The notes under the pieces: model-generated | Databases searched by the model: none | Told to the model about the DNA's origin: nothing | Seen by the model: the letters and a program-made list of their open reading frames with translations, nothing else | Program-made: the position numbers and the translations under genes | NCBI RefSeq assembly: GCF_004010195.1 | Contig: NC_057718.1 | Span: 29,942,278-30,005,154 of the forward strand | Length of the DNA: 62,877 nt | Direction: 5' to 3' | Source of the DNA: Chiloscyllium plagiosum | Lineage: Eukaryota | In this document: in pieces, positions 1 to 12,272 of the stretch | How the letters are laid out: every line of letters starts with the position of its first letter | Numbering within the stretch: the stretch's first letter is position 1

Positions 1-228
1 ACCTCTCCGTCCCCACCCCAGTCTGACCTATCACCCTCACTTTGACCTCTTTCCACCTATCACATTTCCGACGCCCCTCTCCCAAGTCCCTCCTCCCTAC
101 CTTTTATCTTAGCCTGCTGGACAAACTTTCCCCATTCCTGAAGAAGGGCTTATGCCCGAAACGTCGATTCTCCTGTTCCCTGGATGCTGCCTGACCTGCT
201 GCGCTTTTCCAGCAACACATTTCCAGCT
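1..228 (+). mobile_element. 3' end (pLTR) of a Neptune-type Penelope-like element inserted in a CR1; carries a hammerhead motif at 138-165
   Basis: Near-identical to 35330-35518 and to the reverse complement of the PLE end at 7308-7500. It interrupts the CR1 RT frame at ...NPVNYRLV. Confidence 0.8.
134..170 (+). ncRNA. Minimal type I hammerhead ribozyme motif
   Basis: CTGAAGA(138-144)-A-GGGC-TTAT-GCCC-GAAA-CG-TC(164-165). Core intact; stem I only about 2 bp; stem III is the ACGT palindrome. Confidence 0.65.
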
Positions 229-1860
229 CTTACTAGTCTGTAATTAACCGGGTTGTCTTTACTTCCTTTCTTGAACAAGGGAACAACATTTGCTATCCTC
301 CAGTCTTCTGGTACTATTCCTGTAGACAATGACGACATAGAGATGAAAGCCAAAGGCTCTGCCATCTCCTCCCTGGCTTCCCAGAGAATCCTAGCATACA
401 TTCCATCCAGCCCAGGGGACTTATCTATTTTCACATTTTCCAGAATTGGACACCTTCTTGTGCACCTTAATCCCATCTGTTCTAGTAGCCTGTATCTCAA
501 CATTCTCCTTGACAACATTGTCTTTTTCCAGTGTGAATACTGACGCAATATATTCATTTACCGCTTCCCTTATCTCCTCTGACTCCACGCACAACTTCCT
601 ACCAACCTTGACTGTCCATAATATTACTCTAGTCACTGTTTTATTCCTGATATACCAATAGAAAGTCTTAGGGTTTTCCTTGAGAAGTTGTTGGCGGATA
701 GGATCATGTTCCCTCCTGGCTGTTCTTAGTTCTCTCTTTAGGTCTTTCCTGGCTAACTTGTAACTCTCAAGCGCCCTAAATGAGCCATCACAGCTCATCA
801 TTACATAAGCCGCCTCCTTCCTCTTGACAAGAGCTTCAACTTCTTTAGTAAACCACGGCTCCCTCACTTGACTTCTTCCTCCCTGCCTGTCATGTACATA
901 CTTATCAAGGACATGCAGTACTGTTCCTTGAATAAGCTCCACATTTCAATTGTGCCTATCCCCTGCAGTTTCCTCCTCCATCCTATGCATCCTAAATCTT
1001 TCCTAATCGCATCATAATTGCCTTTCCCTGAGCTATAATTCTCGCCCTGCGGTATATACCTATCCCTTTCCATCTCAAAAGTAAACGTAACCGAATTGTG
1101 ATCACTATCACCAAAGTGCTCACCTACATCCAAATCTAGCACCTGGCCGGGTTCATTACCCACTACCAAATCCAATGTGACCTCACTCCTTGTTGGCCTG
1201 TCTACATACTGTGTCAGGAAACCCTCCTGCACACATTGGACAAAAGCTGACACATTTAAAGTACTCAAATTATTGTATTCCCAGTCAATATTTGGAAAGT
1301 TTAAGTTCCCCCATAACAACTACCCTGTCACTCTCGCTCCTATTGAGAATCATCTTTGCTATCCTTACCTCTACATCTCTGGAACTATTCAGAGGCCTAT
1401 AGAAAACTCCCGACAGGGTGACCTCTCCTTTAATGTTTTCAACCTCCACCCATACTACCTCAGTAGATGAGTCCTGAAATGTCCTTCCTGCCACTGTAAT
1501 ACTGTCCTTGATTAACAATGCCACACCTCCCTCTCTTTTGCCATCTTCTCTGTTCTTAATGAAATATCTAAATCCCGCAACCTGCAACAACCATTCCTGT
1601 CCCTGCTCTACTCATGTCTCTGAAATGGCCACAAAATCGAAATCCCAGGTACCAACCCATGTTGCAGGTTCGCCCACTTTATTCCAGGTGCTCCTGGCGT
1701 TGATGTAGACACCCTTCAAACCATTTTGTTACTTGCCGTTCCCCTCTTGTGACCTTGAAACCTTACTTCTGATCTCACTACTTTCAACATCTTGTATTAT
1801 GGAACTACAATTCATATTCTCATCCCCTTGTGAATTAGGTTAAAACCTTCCAAAGGACAT
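229..1860 (-). mobile_element. CR1-clade LINE fragment (end of ORF1, APE endonuclease, start of RT), frameshifted
   Basis: Minus ORFs contain GGVALLIKD, GVFYRP, NFPNIDW, LDLVVGNEPGQV, SDHNSV, KSPGLDG, PEDWRIANVVPLFKKG..NYR. Confidence 0.9.
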
Positions 1861-2040
1861 TAGCAAATCACTCCTCCACACCCCCCCCCCCCCCCATCCC
1901 AAAAAATGGTTCCCTCTCTGGTTCATTTAGTAGAGGTGTTCAGTGTCATGGTCATTTAAGATGAAAGAAGTGTGATAACCAGAAGCAGATTGAAATGAAC
2001 ATAAGAACCTGAGGTGGTATGAGAAAAATACTTTTAAAAG

Positions 2041-2491
2041 TTATTTCCATGGGATGTTGGTATGACAAGATGGATCGACATTTGTTGTCTGTCCTTAATT
2101 GCCTTTGAACTAAGTGGCTTGTTGGTTCTTGTGAAAGACAGATAAGAGTCAACTAAATTGCTGTGCATCTGGAGTTGCATGTAAGCCAGATTGGGTAAGC
2201 AAGGCCAATTTCATTCCTTAAAGAACTTTACTGAGCCATGTGTTTTTACAACAATTGATGGTTGTCATTGCCATTATTACAGAGAGTAGCTTTATATTCC
2301 AGATTTCATTAATTGAATGTAAATTGCACCAACTGCTGTTGTAGGATTTGAACATTCGTCCCCACCGTATTAACCTTGGTCTTGGGATTATTAGGAGAAA
2401 GTGAGGACTGCAGATGCTGGAGAGTCAGAGTCACACTTTTTGACTCTTGGGATTATTAGTTCAGTGGCATTGTCACTATGTCACCACCTCC
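2041..2491 (-). mobile_element. Old SacSINE1-like (DeuSINE) copy, interrupted by a 50-bp PLE-end insertion
   Basis: The reverse strand reads as a tRNA-like head, a Deu-like core (aaaaacacatggctcagtaaagttctttaaggaatgaaattggcc) and a tail (aagggcaattaagga...catcccatggaaataa). It matches the + copy at 57197-57470 and the tail at 54690-54760. Confidence 0.6.
2380..2459 (-). mobile_element. Micro-insertion of a PLE terminus flanked by a 15-bp TSD
   Basis: TCTTGGGATTATTAG at 2380-2394 and 2445-2459 flanks gagaaagtgaggactgcagatgctggaga, the same terminus as at 59432. Confidence 0.8.
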
Positions 2492-3133
2492 TGTTTTTAT
2501 GCAACATGTGACTGGAATATAGGATGTTCTGCCCAGTGGTCTTGAGTGTCGAGTTTAATGTCTACTTGAAGCAGAAAGAAACTGTGCAGATACGGAGTTA
2601 GAGAGGGGATGAGAGTTGTGAGTAGTTTTGGGCTGTCACAGATGGGGTTATATGTGTTGTAGATCATTTAACATATAACTGTAATGATTATTAATGCTTT
2701 AATTTAATTCCTTTTAACGCTTCTATTTTTCTTTCACAACAGTAAATAAGATCCTCTACTTTCCTCACCGCCCCCTTGCACCAGCACCATCCCCTCCCTG
2801 TGTTTATAAGTCACTTTTGCCTTTTTTTTAATCAAAGTTGTTAATTTCTGTTTTCATATTACTTGCATTTTCTGTGAATTACATGGTGAATGCTGACAGT
2901 TTCACTGACATGACAAGTTAAAATCCTAGTTTATAGATATTGTTTAATCCGCTGCCTCAGAGACGTAAGACTACATTTTGGATCCAAGGTAATGTGGTCC
3001 TTTTTAGCTTACTTGTATCCTGATTTGGCTATATTCTAATTAAGATAGTGTTGTTGCAGTTCAGTACTGGTTTATCTTTTCATGAGTAAATGCAAAGAAG
3101 AAACACTTGTCATTTTAAAAATTGTCTTCTTAG

Positions 3134-3191
3134 GCGCAGTGTGATCGAAGCTGTTTATAATAGACTGAATCCACACAGAGATGATGATGGG
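3134..3191 (+). CDS. PPM1B: PPM1B penultimate coding exon (58 nt): (K)RSVIEAVYNRLNPHRDDDG
   Basis: Acceptor tcttcttag|G and donor GGG|gtgagc (phase 2 in, phase 0 out). The peptide matches human PPM1B RNVIEAVYSRLNPHRESDG. Confidence 0.95.
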
Positions 3192-5599
3192 GTGAGCCTT
3201 ATTTTCTTTTGCACATTTTGCTCTTGTACTGATCAAGTTAAAAAAAATCATTCTTTCTTGTACTGTAAGGTGTAACGCTAACTGTGATATACTTGTTTTT
3301 CATTTGCTTATGCAAGTCTCCTTAAAATGTTTGCTTACAGTCCACTATCATTTGATAATCTTGTAAGATTCTGAAAGATATCTTTGTCATGTTTAAACAA
3401 AAAACTTGAAAGAGTTTCTGACCTGACACATTTTAAAGTTCACCATTGCGTGTCATTTATAGAGTTGGCTTGTCAACGCACAACTTCTTTCTTAGAATTG
3501 TATGGCACAAGAATAGGTCATTTAGCCTGTCAAGTTGCTGTGCTGTTCACTAGGGGTATAAATCCTGTGTTTTGAAATTGTTTAGAAATGCATTTGTATA
3601 CACTTGAATTATTTCAACTGTTCTTCAGTGAAATCTTACTGAGGTGACAGGATATTGCTTTGACAATTTGTCCAAAATATGCAGCAAAGTATATTGTCTT
3701 CTAACTTTACATTCTTTGATGAATAATGCTCACCAAGATCAAAGTTACTGAGGAATGGATTGTAACCATTTCTGACTTCCACTATGTACAGTACGAATAA
3801 TTGGAACGTACCTCAGACTGGACACAGACCTGTCTGTGTTCTATTCCTACAACATTTGCAAATCTGTAATGTGGATGCAATCGTGTGATTTATTAATTTC
3901 CCACAACCACCTGATTTAGATTGCTCATTTGTATCAAATTATAGATATTTTTCCACTTGCTCTTGAGAATTTGTAATGAGACTACTTAAACGTGCACATT
4001 GAAAATGAATGGTGTTGAAAGGAAGATCTGTCAACCTTCTCCAACATTTAGGTTACTTTTCTAATTATGCCAGCAATTCATTTGAAATTTGTTAGATATC
4101 AGAAACTATTGACTTGCCTTCTAAAGTCATGTATTTTTGGACAAAGTGGAACTAATTTGATCACTAAAGCTACCTAGTATTGGACTCTGGTAAAAATTAG
4201 TTGATTTTTAGTTCATGTGATGTGCCATACACATGGATCCAGCATTTGCTGAAGAATGTACATCAGAGCTGAAAAGGTTGAGATCTCTATTCAAGGGTAA
4301 AGTGGACTGCCAACAAGGCGATCAACCTAAATATATAGTTGGATGGCATATGTCACAGAGCAGTTGCACTTCAGCTGCACTGGATAATAGAATGGCGCAA
4401 AGCAATTTAAGTGTGATACAACGTGACATTAGGTCTCCCGGGATATCCTGTGATGCATGCCATGAGCTAAATTTTTTCCTCATCCTTCAGCTCCAATTAA
4501 TTTTGCACTCCAAATTGCTATTGATATAATTTAATAACTGCAGCAACGTCAACTGAGTTATCTCTAACTGATGAAATTTCAAGAATTTGAATGGTCTGTA
4601 GAGCTCTCCAAAATGAGTGACAAAATGAGCAATCTTTATATGATCAAATTCTAATTCAAGAATCAGCAAATTAATTGCAATAAAATACAAAATTGCGAGC
4701 TTTATCTACTTCTACGATATGACTACACAAAAGGGCTTCCTTACCATGGTTCAAACAGTTTAATTCATGAAAATCTTAAAATGAAAGCAGCTACTGCTTA
4801 TGTTAGGAAGCTATATGATTCGTAGTTTCCCACAACAAATAAAATCTGATTTGATAAACTTAATTCCCTGCTAGACAGAAACATGTTTTGCTTTGTCAGC
4901 CAGTTACTATTTCACCTATCATCAGTGAGACGTTTGCATCCATAAAACACTTTTAAAATCTCCTTTCTTTCATTTAGTACCATTATTTATTTGTATTCGC
5001 TAAAGCACTTTCTTTGCTGAAGGATTTACTTTTTTTTTAAAAACCTGTTCAGAGATATTTATTCTCTCCTGGAGCAGATGGGGCTTTATCCTGGATCTCA
5101 TGGCTCAGAGAGGGACACTACCACTGTGCCATAAGAACCCTTGTTTCCTTCATTTTTATTTCCTAAATAAACTTGAATTCTGATTGTGTGCTTTATGCAG
5201 CAGGCATAGAACAGTTTCTAATTGCTAACTTATTTTGAAGTGGGATGTCATTAGAAATACAAATTACCCTGTACCTAGAATTCTTAAACTGTGACAAAGC
5301 AGTCCGAACTTCTCTGTGACAAGTATTTTTTTTAATTACAGCATTTATGCAGCAATTTCTTAATGTACATGGGAAGTTGATGGCAAGTTCTGGCTTTTGC
5401 AATCACCACAATGGAGTCAAATCATTTGACTTTGGGTCAATTTGCAGAATGTGGTTCTTCTCTTGCCCATTACAAATAAGAACTTGACATTTAATGAACT
5501 TGTAATTGTTTTTGACAACAAATTCTGGAAATTTGCAAATTTGATTTTCACAAGTTTTAGTTTGGTGTTGAATCATACTTTCCATGTTGTGCTGGTGGC

Positions 5600-6110
5600 C
5601 TGGAATATAGAAACCTACAAAATAGGAGCAGGTAGACCATTGACCCCACGAAGCCTGTGTCACAATTTGACAGAACCATAGCTGATTCTTTATCTCAATA
5701 CTGTACTCCCACTCTGTCCTGCACAACCCTTTGATGTTGGGCAATCTCATTTCTCCTGAAGTGTATTTAGTGTCTTGGCCTCCACAGCTTTGTGGTAGAG
5801 AGATCCACAAGTTCACCATCCTGAGTGAATAAGCCTATCATCCCAGTTCAAAATTCATGAACCCTTGTTCTATCCCCCATCAGAATTTTATATCTTTCAA
5901 GAAGATCTACTCTTCTTTTAAAACTCAAGTGAACATAGTCACCCAGTCTATCATGCATGACAATTCTGTCATCCAAGGAATCAAGTATATCTCTTCTTAA
6001 GTAAGGAGACCAAAATTGTGAACAATATCCCAGGTGTGGTTTCACTGAAGCCCTGTACAGCCGTAGTACAACTTCCTTGCTCCAGTTTGTTGAATGCAAA
6101 TAGAAATCAT
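5600..6110 (-). mobile_element. Old CR1 3' fragment
   Basis: Minus ORF LRLYRASVKPHLGYCSQFWSPYLRRDI plus a CR1-type tail. Confidence 0.75.
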
Positions 6111-6368
6111 TTAGATTCCGAATTTAGGAAGCAGTTGTTGCACTGAAACAAAACAGTTTGTCAAAATTAGATTATAAATCTAAATGTGCTTTGAGTTACA
6201 AAACGTTTTGATTCAACTTCAACAAAGCACAGTTTGAACATTGCTGGTCTCAATAAGTACAAGTTTAAAGTTCCATATGAAATGTATTTGGGACCTTAGT
6301 TTTTAGAAAGTTAAAGTTCCTCGCATCAAACTTGTCTAGAATTTAGAACAGACTGCAGCAAACTGGCC

Positions 6369-6577
6369 ATCTTATTCAAAAGTCGAGAGTGTGATGCTGG
6401 AAAAGCACAGCAGTCAGGCAGTATCAGAGGAGTAGGAGAATCCTGATGAAAGGCTTATGCCCGAAACGTCGATTCTCCCTCTCAGATGCTGCTTGACCTG
6501 CTATGCTTTTCCAGCACCACACTCTCGACTCTGATCTCCAACATCTGCAGTCCTCACATTCTCTATCTTATTCAAAA
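6369..6577 (+). mobile_element. Fold-back PLE-derived mini-element with 13-bp TSD and a central hammerhead
   Basis: TSD ATCTTATTCAAAA at 6369-6381 and 6565-6577. Inverted arms at about 6381-6442 and 6471-6531. Confidence 0.85.
6435..6478 (+). ncRNA. Type I hammerhead ribozyme motif with an extended stem I
   Basis: GGAGAATC-CTGATGA(6443-6449)-A-AGGC-TTAT-GCCC-GAAA-CG-TC^GATTCTCC. The first stem II pair is an A.C mismatch (G>A relative to sister copies). Confidence 0.7.
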
Positions 6578-6584
6578 ACTTATT

Positions 6585-7260
6585 CAAGAACATAGGAACA
6601 GGGGTAGGCCAGTTAGGCCATCAAATCTGTTCTGCCATGCAATTAGATCATGGCTGATCTATTTGTTTTGAGTTCCACACTGCCATTTACCCTAATAACC
6701 TTTTGATTCCTTTGGCTTACAAGAATCTATCCTGCCTTAAAAACTGTACAACCCTGAGAGCACAAAAAAATCTCCTTATCTATATCTTGAAAGGGGATTA
6801 TTAATTTTAAAACAGTACCCCTTAGTTCTGAATTCACCTATAAGGAGCAGCACTCCTAAATCTAGTGCTTCCAGTTAAACTTGTTGGACTATAACCTGGT
6901 GTTGTGAGATTTTTAACTTTATAAGAAACAAAACATCCTTTCCATGTTCACCTTGCCATGACCATCTTGCCATGACCATCAAGGATTTTATGTATTTGAA
7001 TCAAGCCACACCCAACCTGTGTAAAGAGGCTTAGCCTGTCCACCTATCCTCATAAAATGTGCCACTGATTCCAGGTCTCATAAGAGGACATTACATGGAC
7101 ATGACGAGCTGCCACCATTTATTGCTCATCTCCAGTTGAGAAGATGATTGTGAGCTACCTTGAACATTCACCACCCTCTGTGAAGAATTTCCTCCTGATC
7201 TAAGTCTTAAATGGCCTACCCCTTATCAGAGATTTATTCCAAGAGTAGGGAGTTCTGTAA
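6585..7260 (-). mobile_element. Old CR1 3' fragments
   Basis: Reverse-complemented CR1 tail (agaacataggaacagggtaggcc...agatcatggctgatct) followed by degenerate 3' ORF2 sequence. Confidence 0.6.
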
Positions 7261-7307
7261 TGGCACAATACCTGTGCTCTTCAGACTTTAGGCTTGATAC
7301 TTGTTCA

Positions 7308-10300
7308 TCGAGAGGTGGTGCTGGAAAAGCACAGCAGGTCAGGCCGCAACCAAGGAGCAGAAGAATCGACTTTTCGGGCATAAGCCCTTCATCAGAAATG
7401 AGGCTTGTGGGCTGGGCGGCTGAGAGATAAATGGGAGGGGATGGGACTGGAGGCAAGGTAGCTCAGAATACGATAGGTAGATGAAGGTGGGGGAGTAGGT
7501 GATCGGTTGGAGAGGAGGGTAGAGTGGATAGATGGGAAAGGTGATGGACAGGTCAAGAGGGTGGTGCAGGGTTGGAGGCTTGGGACTGGGATGAGGTCAG
7601 GGGAGAGGAAATGAGGAAACTGGTGAAATCCACATTAATCCCGTGTGGTTGCACGGTCCCAAGGCAGAATAAGAGACGTTCTTCCTCCAGGCATCAGGTG
7701 ACTAGGGTTTGGCGATGGAGGAGGCCCAGGACCTGTATATCCTTGGTGGAGTGGGAGGGGAGTATTCAACCATGGGCCAGTGGAGTTGGTTGGTGCGAGT
7801 GTCCCAGAGATGTTCTCTGAAATGATCCGCAAGTTGGCGTCATGTCTCCCTGATGTCGAGGAGACCATTTCTGGTGCAATGGAAACAGTAGATGACATTC
7901 GTGAGGGTACACGTAAATTTCTGTCGGATGTGGAAGGATCCTTTGGGGCTTTGAATGGAGGTGAGGGGTGAAGTGTGGGTGCAGGTTTTGCACTTTGTGG
8001 TGACAACAGAAGGTGCTGGGAGTGGGGTGAGGGTTGGTGGGGAGTGTGGATCTGACAAAGAAGTCATAGAGGGAATGGTCTCTCCGAAAGGTTGATGGGG
8101 GTGGGAAGTGGAATCTGTTTTGTAGGTGGTGGAAATGGCGGAGGATGATGCAATGTATATAGAGGTTGGTGAGGTGGAAGGTGAAGAATGGGGATGGGAG
8201 CGGGGGTTCAAGGGCAGAGGTGCAGGAAGTGGAGGAGATGCGCTAGAGGACATGGTCAACCATGTGGGAGGGGAAATTGCAGTATTTGAAGAAGGAGGCC
8301 ATCTGGGATTTTCTGTGGTGGAATTGGTCCTCCTGGGAACAGATGCGGTGGAGATGGAGGAATTGGGAATAAGGGATGTTTTTTTCACAGGAGGTAGGGT
8401 GGGAGGAGGTGTAGTCCAGGTAGCTTGGGAGTCTGTGGGATTTTAGTAGATGTCTGTAAGTCGGTCACTCTGGTGTGTCTGGCTCGTATAAGTGTGGAAA
8501 GTGTGTGCACGTTCAGCTACTGACAGAGCATATTGCAGCCCTGATGAAAGAACTCGAGGACCTCAGGCTCATCCGAGAGAACAAGATCTTTCTGGATAAG
8601 ACCTTCAGCGAGGTTATTGCACCGACCATACCAGAAGAGAGCAGAAGAAAGCAGACAATGAGGAAGGCAGAGAGGAGACAGGTGCAAGAGACCCCGAGGG
8701 AAGTACCTGTCAGGAACAAGTTGAATCTTTTGTCAGAGACAGATGACACTGCCAGTCCGCGAGGCAGCCAGATCTGTCAATCGAAAGTTGGCGTGGAGGC
8801 AGAGCGGAAGAGTCGGACATCGCACAGAGCTGCGGTAATAGGGGACTCCATAGTGAGAGGAACTGACCGGGGTTTTTGTGGCAGCAGGCGGGACTTAAGG
8901 ATGGTGTGTTGCCTTCCTGGTGCCAGGGTTAAAGACATCACAGACAGAATGCAGGAAATCCTCAAGGACCAAGGTGAAGAGCCAGAGGTGGTGGTACATG
9001 TCGGCACAAATGATGTCGGGAAGAAGAGGAGGAACATACTACAGTGGGACTTCGGAGAACTAGGAAGAAGGCTGAAAAGCAGGACGTCCAGGGTGGTTAT
9101 CTCCGGTTTGCTTCCAGTTCCTCAGGCTGGTGAGAAACAGGGAGATAATGGACTTGAACGTGTGGCTGGGGAACTGGTGCAGGAAGCAAGGACTTAAATT
9201 CTTGGATCACTGGGGTATGTTTTGTGGTAAGCATAAATTATACAAGAGAGACGGTTTGCACCTTAATAGGTTAGGGACCAGCATTCTGGTAGGCAGGTTT
9301 GCTACTGCAACACAGCTACATTTAAACTAAGTAGCGGGGGGAGGGGACAAACTGGATGTTTAAGAAGGAAATTGAAGGGATAGTTAGAACTAGGGAAGTC
9401 AAGAAAGACAACTGTATCAATGAAGCAGAAAACTCAAAAAGGGATCATGCTGTAAGGTTGAGTGAAATAGGAGTTGATGGGAAGGGTGAGGGCAGTAACA
9501 AATTAAAAATACTATACATGAATGCACGAAGCATTAGAAATAAGATGGATGAGCTTGAGGCTCTTTTGGAAATTGGCAGATACGATATTGTGGGGATGAC
9601 TGAGATGTGGCTTCAAGTGGAGAGGGCGTGGGAAATGAATATTCAAGGCCTAACGTGCTATCGTAAGAACAGACTGATGGGCAGAGGGGGTGGGGTGGCC
9701 ATGTTGGTAAGGGATGATATTCAGTCCCTTGCGCGGGGGGACCTAGAATCAGGGGATGTAGAGTCAGTGTAGATAGAGCTGAAAAATTCTAAGGGTAAAA
9801 AGACCCTCTTGGGAGTTATCTACGGGCCCTCAAACAGTAGTCTGGATGTCGGACGTAAGTTGAATCAGGAGCTGAAATTGGCCCGTCGCAAAAATGTTAC
9901 GACAGTTGTTATGGGGGATTTCAACATACAGGTAGACTGGGAGAATCAGGATGGTATTGGAACTCAAGAAAGAGACTTTGTGGAGTGTCTCCGAAATGGT
10001 TTCTTAGAACAGCTGGTGCTGGAGCCTACCAGTGAGAAGGCAATTCTGGATCTGGTATTGTGCAACGAACCAGAATTGATCAGGGACCACGAAGTGAAGG
10101 AGCCATTGGGAAGTAGTGACCATAATACAATAAGCTTCAATCTGCAATTTGAGAGGGAGAGGGTACAATCGGAAGTGACAATATTTCTGTTGAATAAAGG
10201 GAACTATGGAGCTATGAGGGAGGAGCTGGCCAAAGTTCAATGGTGCAATACCTTAGCAGGGATGACAGTGGAGGAACAATAGCAGATATTTCTGTGTAAA

Positions 10301-12272
10301 ATGCAGAAGATGCAGGATCAGTTCATTCCAAAAAGGAAGAAAGATCCTAGGAGGAGGCATGGGTGGACGTGGCTGACGAGGGAAGTTAAGAAACATATTA
10401 AGTTAAAAGAGAAAAAGTATAACATAGCAAAGATAAGTGGGAAAACTGAGGACTGGGAAGCTTTTAAAGAACAACAGAGAAGGACTAAGAAGGAAATACG
10501 CAGAGGAAAAATGAGGTACGAAGGGAAACTGGCCAAAAATATAAAGGAGGATAGTAAAAGCTTTTTTAGGTACGTGCAAGGCAAAAATATGGTTAAGACT
10601 AAAATTGGGCCCTTGAAAACAGAAACAGGGGAATATATTACGGGGAACAAAGAAATGGCAGAAGATTTGAATTGGTACTTCAGATGTGTGTTCACTGGGG
10701 AAGACACAAGAAATCTCCCTGAGGTAACAGTGGCTGAAGGACCTGAACTTAAGGGAACTTCTATTTGCCAGGAATTGGTGTTGGAGAGACTGTTAGGTCT
10801 GAAGCTTGATAAGTCCCAGGGCCTGATGGTCTACATCCCAGAGTACCCCACATAGGAGGTTAGTGAGTAAAATTAGGGCGCATGGTATTGGGGGCAAAGT
10901 ACTAGATTGGATTCAAAATTGGTTGTCTGATGGGAAACAAATGGTAGTGATAAACGGCTCCATTTCGGAGTGGCAGGCAGTGACCAGTGGGGTACCGCAG
11001 GGATCCGTGCTGGGACCGCAGCTTTTTACAATATATGTTAATGATATAGAAGATGGTATTAGTAATAACATTAGCAAATTTGCTGATGATACTAAGCTGG
11101 GTGGCAGGGTGAAATGTGATGAGGATGTTAGGAGATTACAGGGTGACCTGAACAGGTTAGGTGAGTGGTCAGATGCATGGCAGATGCAGTTTAATATGGA
11201 TAAATGTATGGTTATCCACTTTGATGTCAAGAACAGGAAGGCAGATTACTACCTAAATAAGGTAAAGGGGCAGTACAAAGAGATCTGGGTGTTCTTGTAC
11301 ACCAGTCAATGAAGGTAAGCATGCAGGTACAGCAGGTAGTGAAGAAGGCTAATAGCATGCTGGTCTTCATAACAAGAGGGATTGAGTATAGAAGCAAAGA
11401 GGTTCATCTGCAGCTGTACAGGGCCCTGGTGAGACTACACCTGGGGTACTGTGTGCAGTTCTGGTCTCCAAATTTGAGAAAAGACATTCTGGTTATTGAG
11501 GGAGTGCAGCGTAGGTTCACGAGGTCAATTCCTGGAATGGCGGGACTACCTTACACTGAAAGATTGGAGTGACTGGGCTTGTATACCCTTGAGTTTCGAA
11601 GATTGAGAGGGGATCTGATTGAGACATTTAAGATTATTAAAGGATTGGACACTCTGGAGGCAGGAAACATGTTTCCGCTGATGGGTGAGTGCCGAACCAG
11701 AGGACACAGCTTAAAAATACGGGGTAAACCATTTAGGACAGAGCTCAGGAGAAACCTCTTCACCCAGAGAGTGGTGGCTGTGTGAAATGCTCTGCCCCAG
11801 AGGACAGTGGAGGCCCACTCTCTGGATTCATTTAAGAAAGAGTTAGGTAGAGCTCTCAAGGATAGTGGAATCAAGGGTTATGGAGATCAGGCAGGAACAG
11901 GATACTAATTAATGATGATCAGCCATGATCATATTGAATGGTGGTGCAGGCTTGAAGGACAGAATGGCCTACTCCTGCACCTATTGTCTACTGAGATGGA
12001 GAGGTCCAGGAAGGTGAGGGAAGTGTCCAAGATGGTCCAAGTAAATTTGAGATCGGGGTGAAAGGTGAGAGTGAAGTTCCTCGTGAGAGCATGAGGTAGT
12101 GCCAATACAGTCATTGATGTAGCTGAGGAAAAGGTGGGGGATGGTGCCAGTGTAGCTATGGAAGATGGACTGTTTCATATACCCGACAAAGAGGCTGGAT
12201 GCGGGTGCCCGTGGCTTCCCCCTTTGATTTGGAGGAAGTGGGAGGATTGTAAGGAGAAGTTGTTAAGGGTTA
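7308..12272 (-). mobile_element. Neptune-type Penelope-like element (RT, Cys-rich linker, GIY-YIG), split by a CR1 inserted at about 8475-11990
   Basis: Minus frames give YINDCIG and PDLKFTWTI..SLTFLDLSIS (12000-12180, RT), then KCKTC..FTC..TNVIYCFHC..GLL.I.ET (7840-8000, GIY-YIG). A pLTR with a hammerhead motif lies at 7363-7399. Confidence 0.85.
8475..11990 (+). mobile_element. Near full-length CR1 LINE: ORF1 (CxxC, coiled coil, SGNH esterase) and ORF2 (APE, RT), with stops, frameshifts and an internal RT deletion
   Basis: ORF1 has CGKC, VIGDSIVRG, CCLPGARV, VHVGTND, DGLHLN. ORF2 has LYMNARSIRNK, MGDFN, SDHN, GVPQGSVLGP, KFADDTK, YCVQFWSP. The 3' tail is gatcagccatgatc...tggcctactcctgcacctat. 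Confidence 0.95.

Noticed and set aside
8126..8446. Gly/Glu-rich 106-aa ORF and similar short ORFs across the window
   Set aside because: These are antisense or alternate frames of PLE, CR1 and SINE sequence, or chance ORFs in AT-rich DNA.
8475..9330. Host SGNH esterase/lipase gene
   Set aside because: It is CR1 ORF1: directly followed by APE-RT, frameshifted, and with homologous copies at 40100 and 62454.
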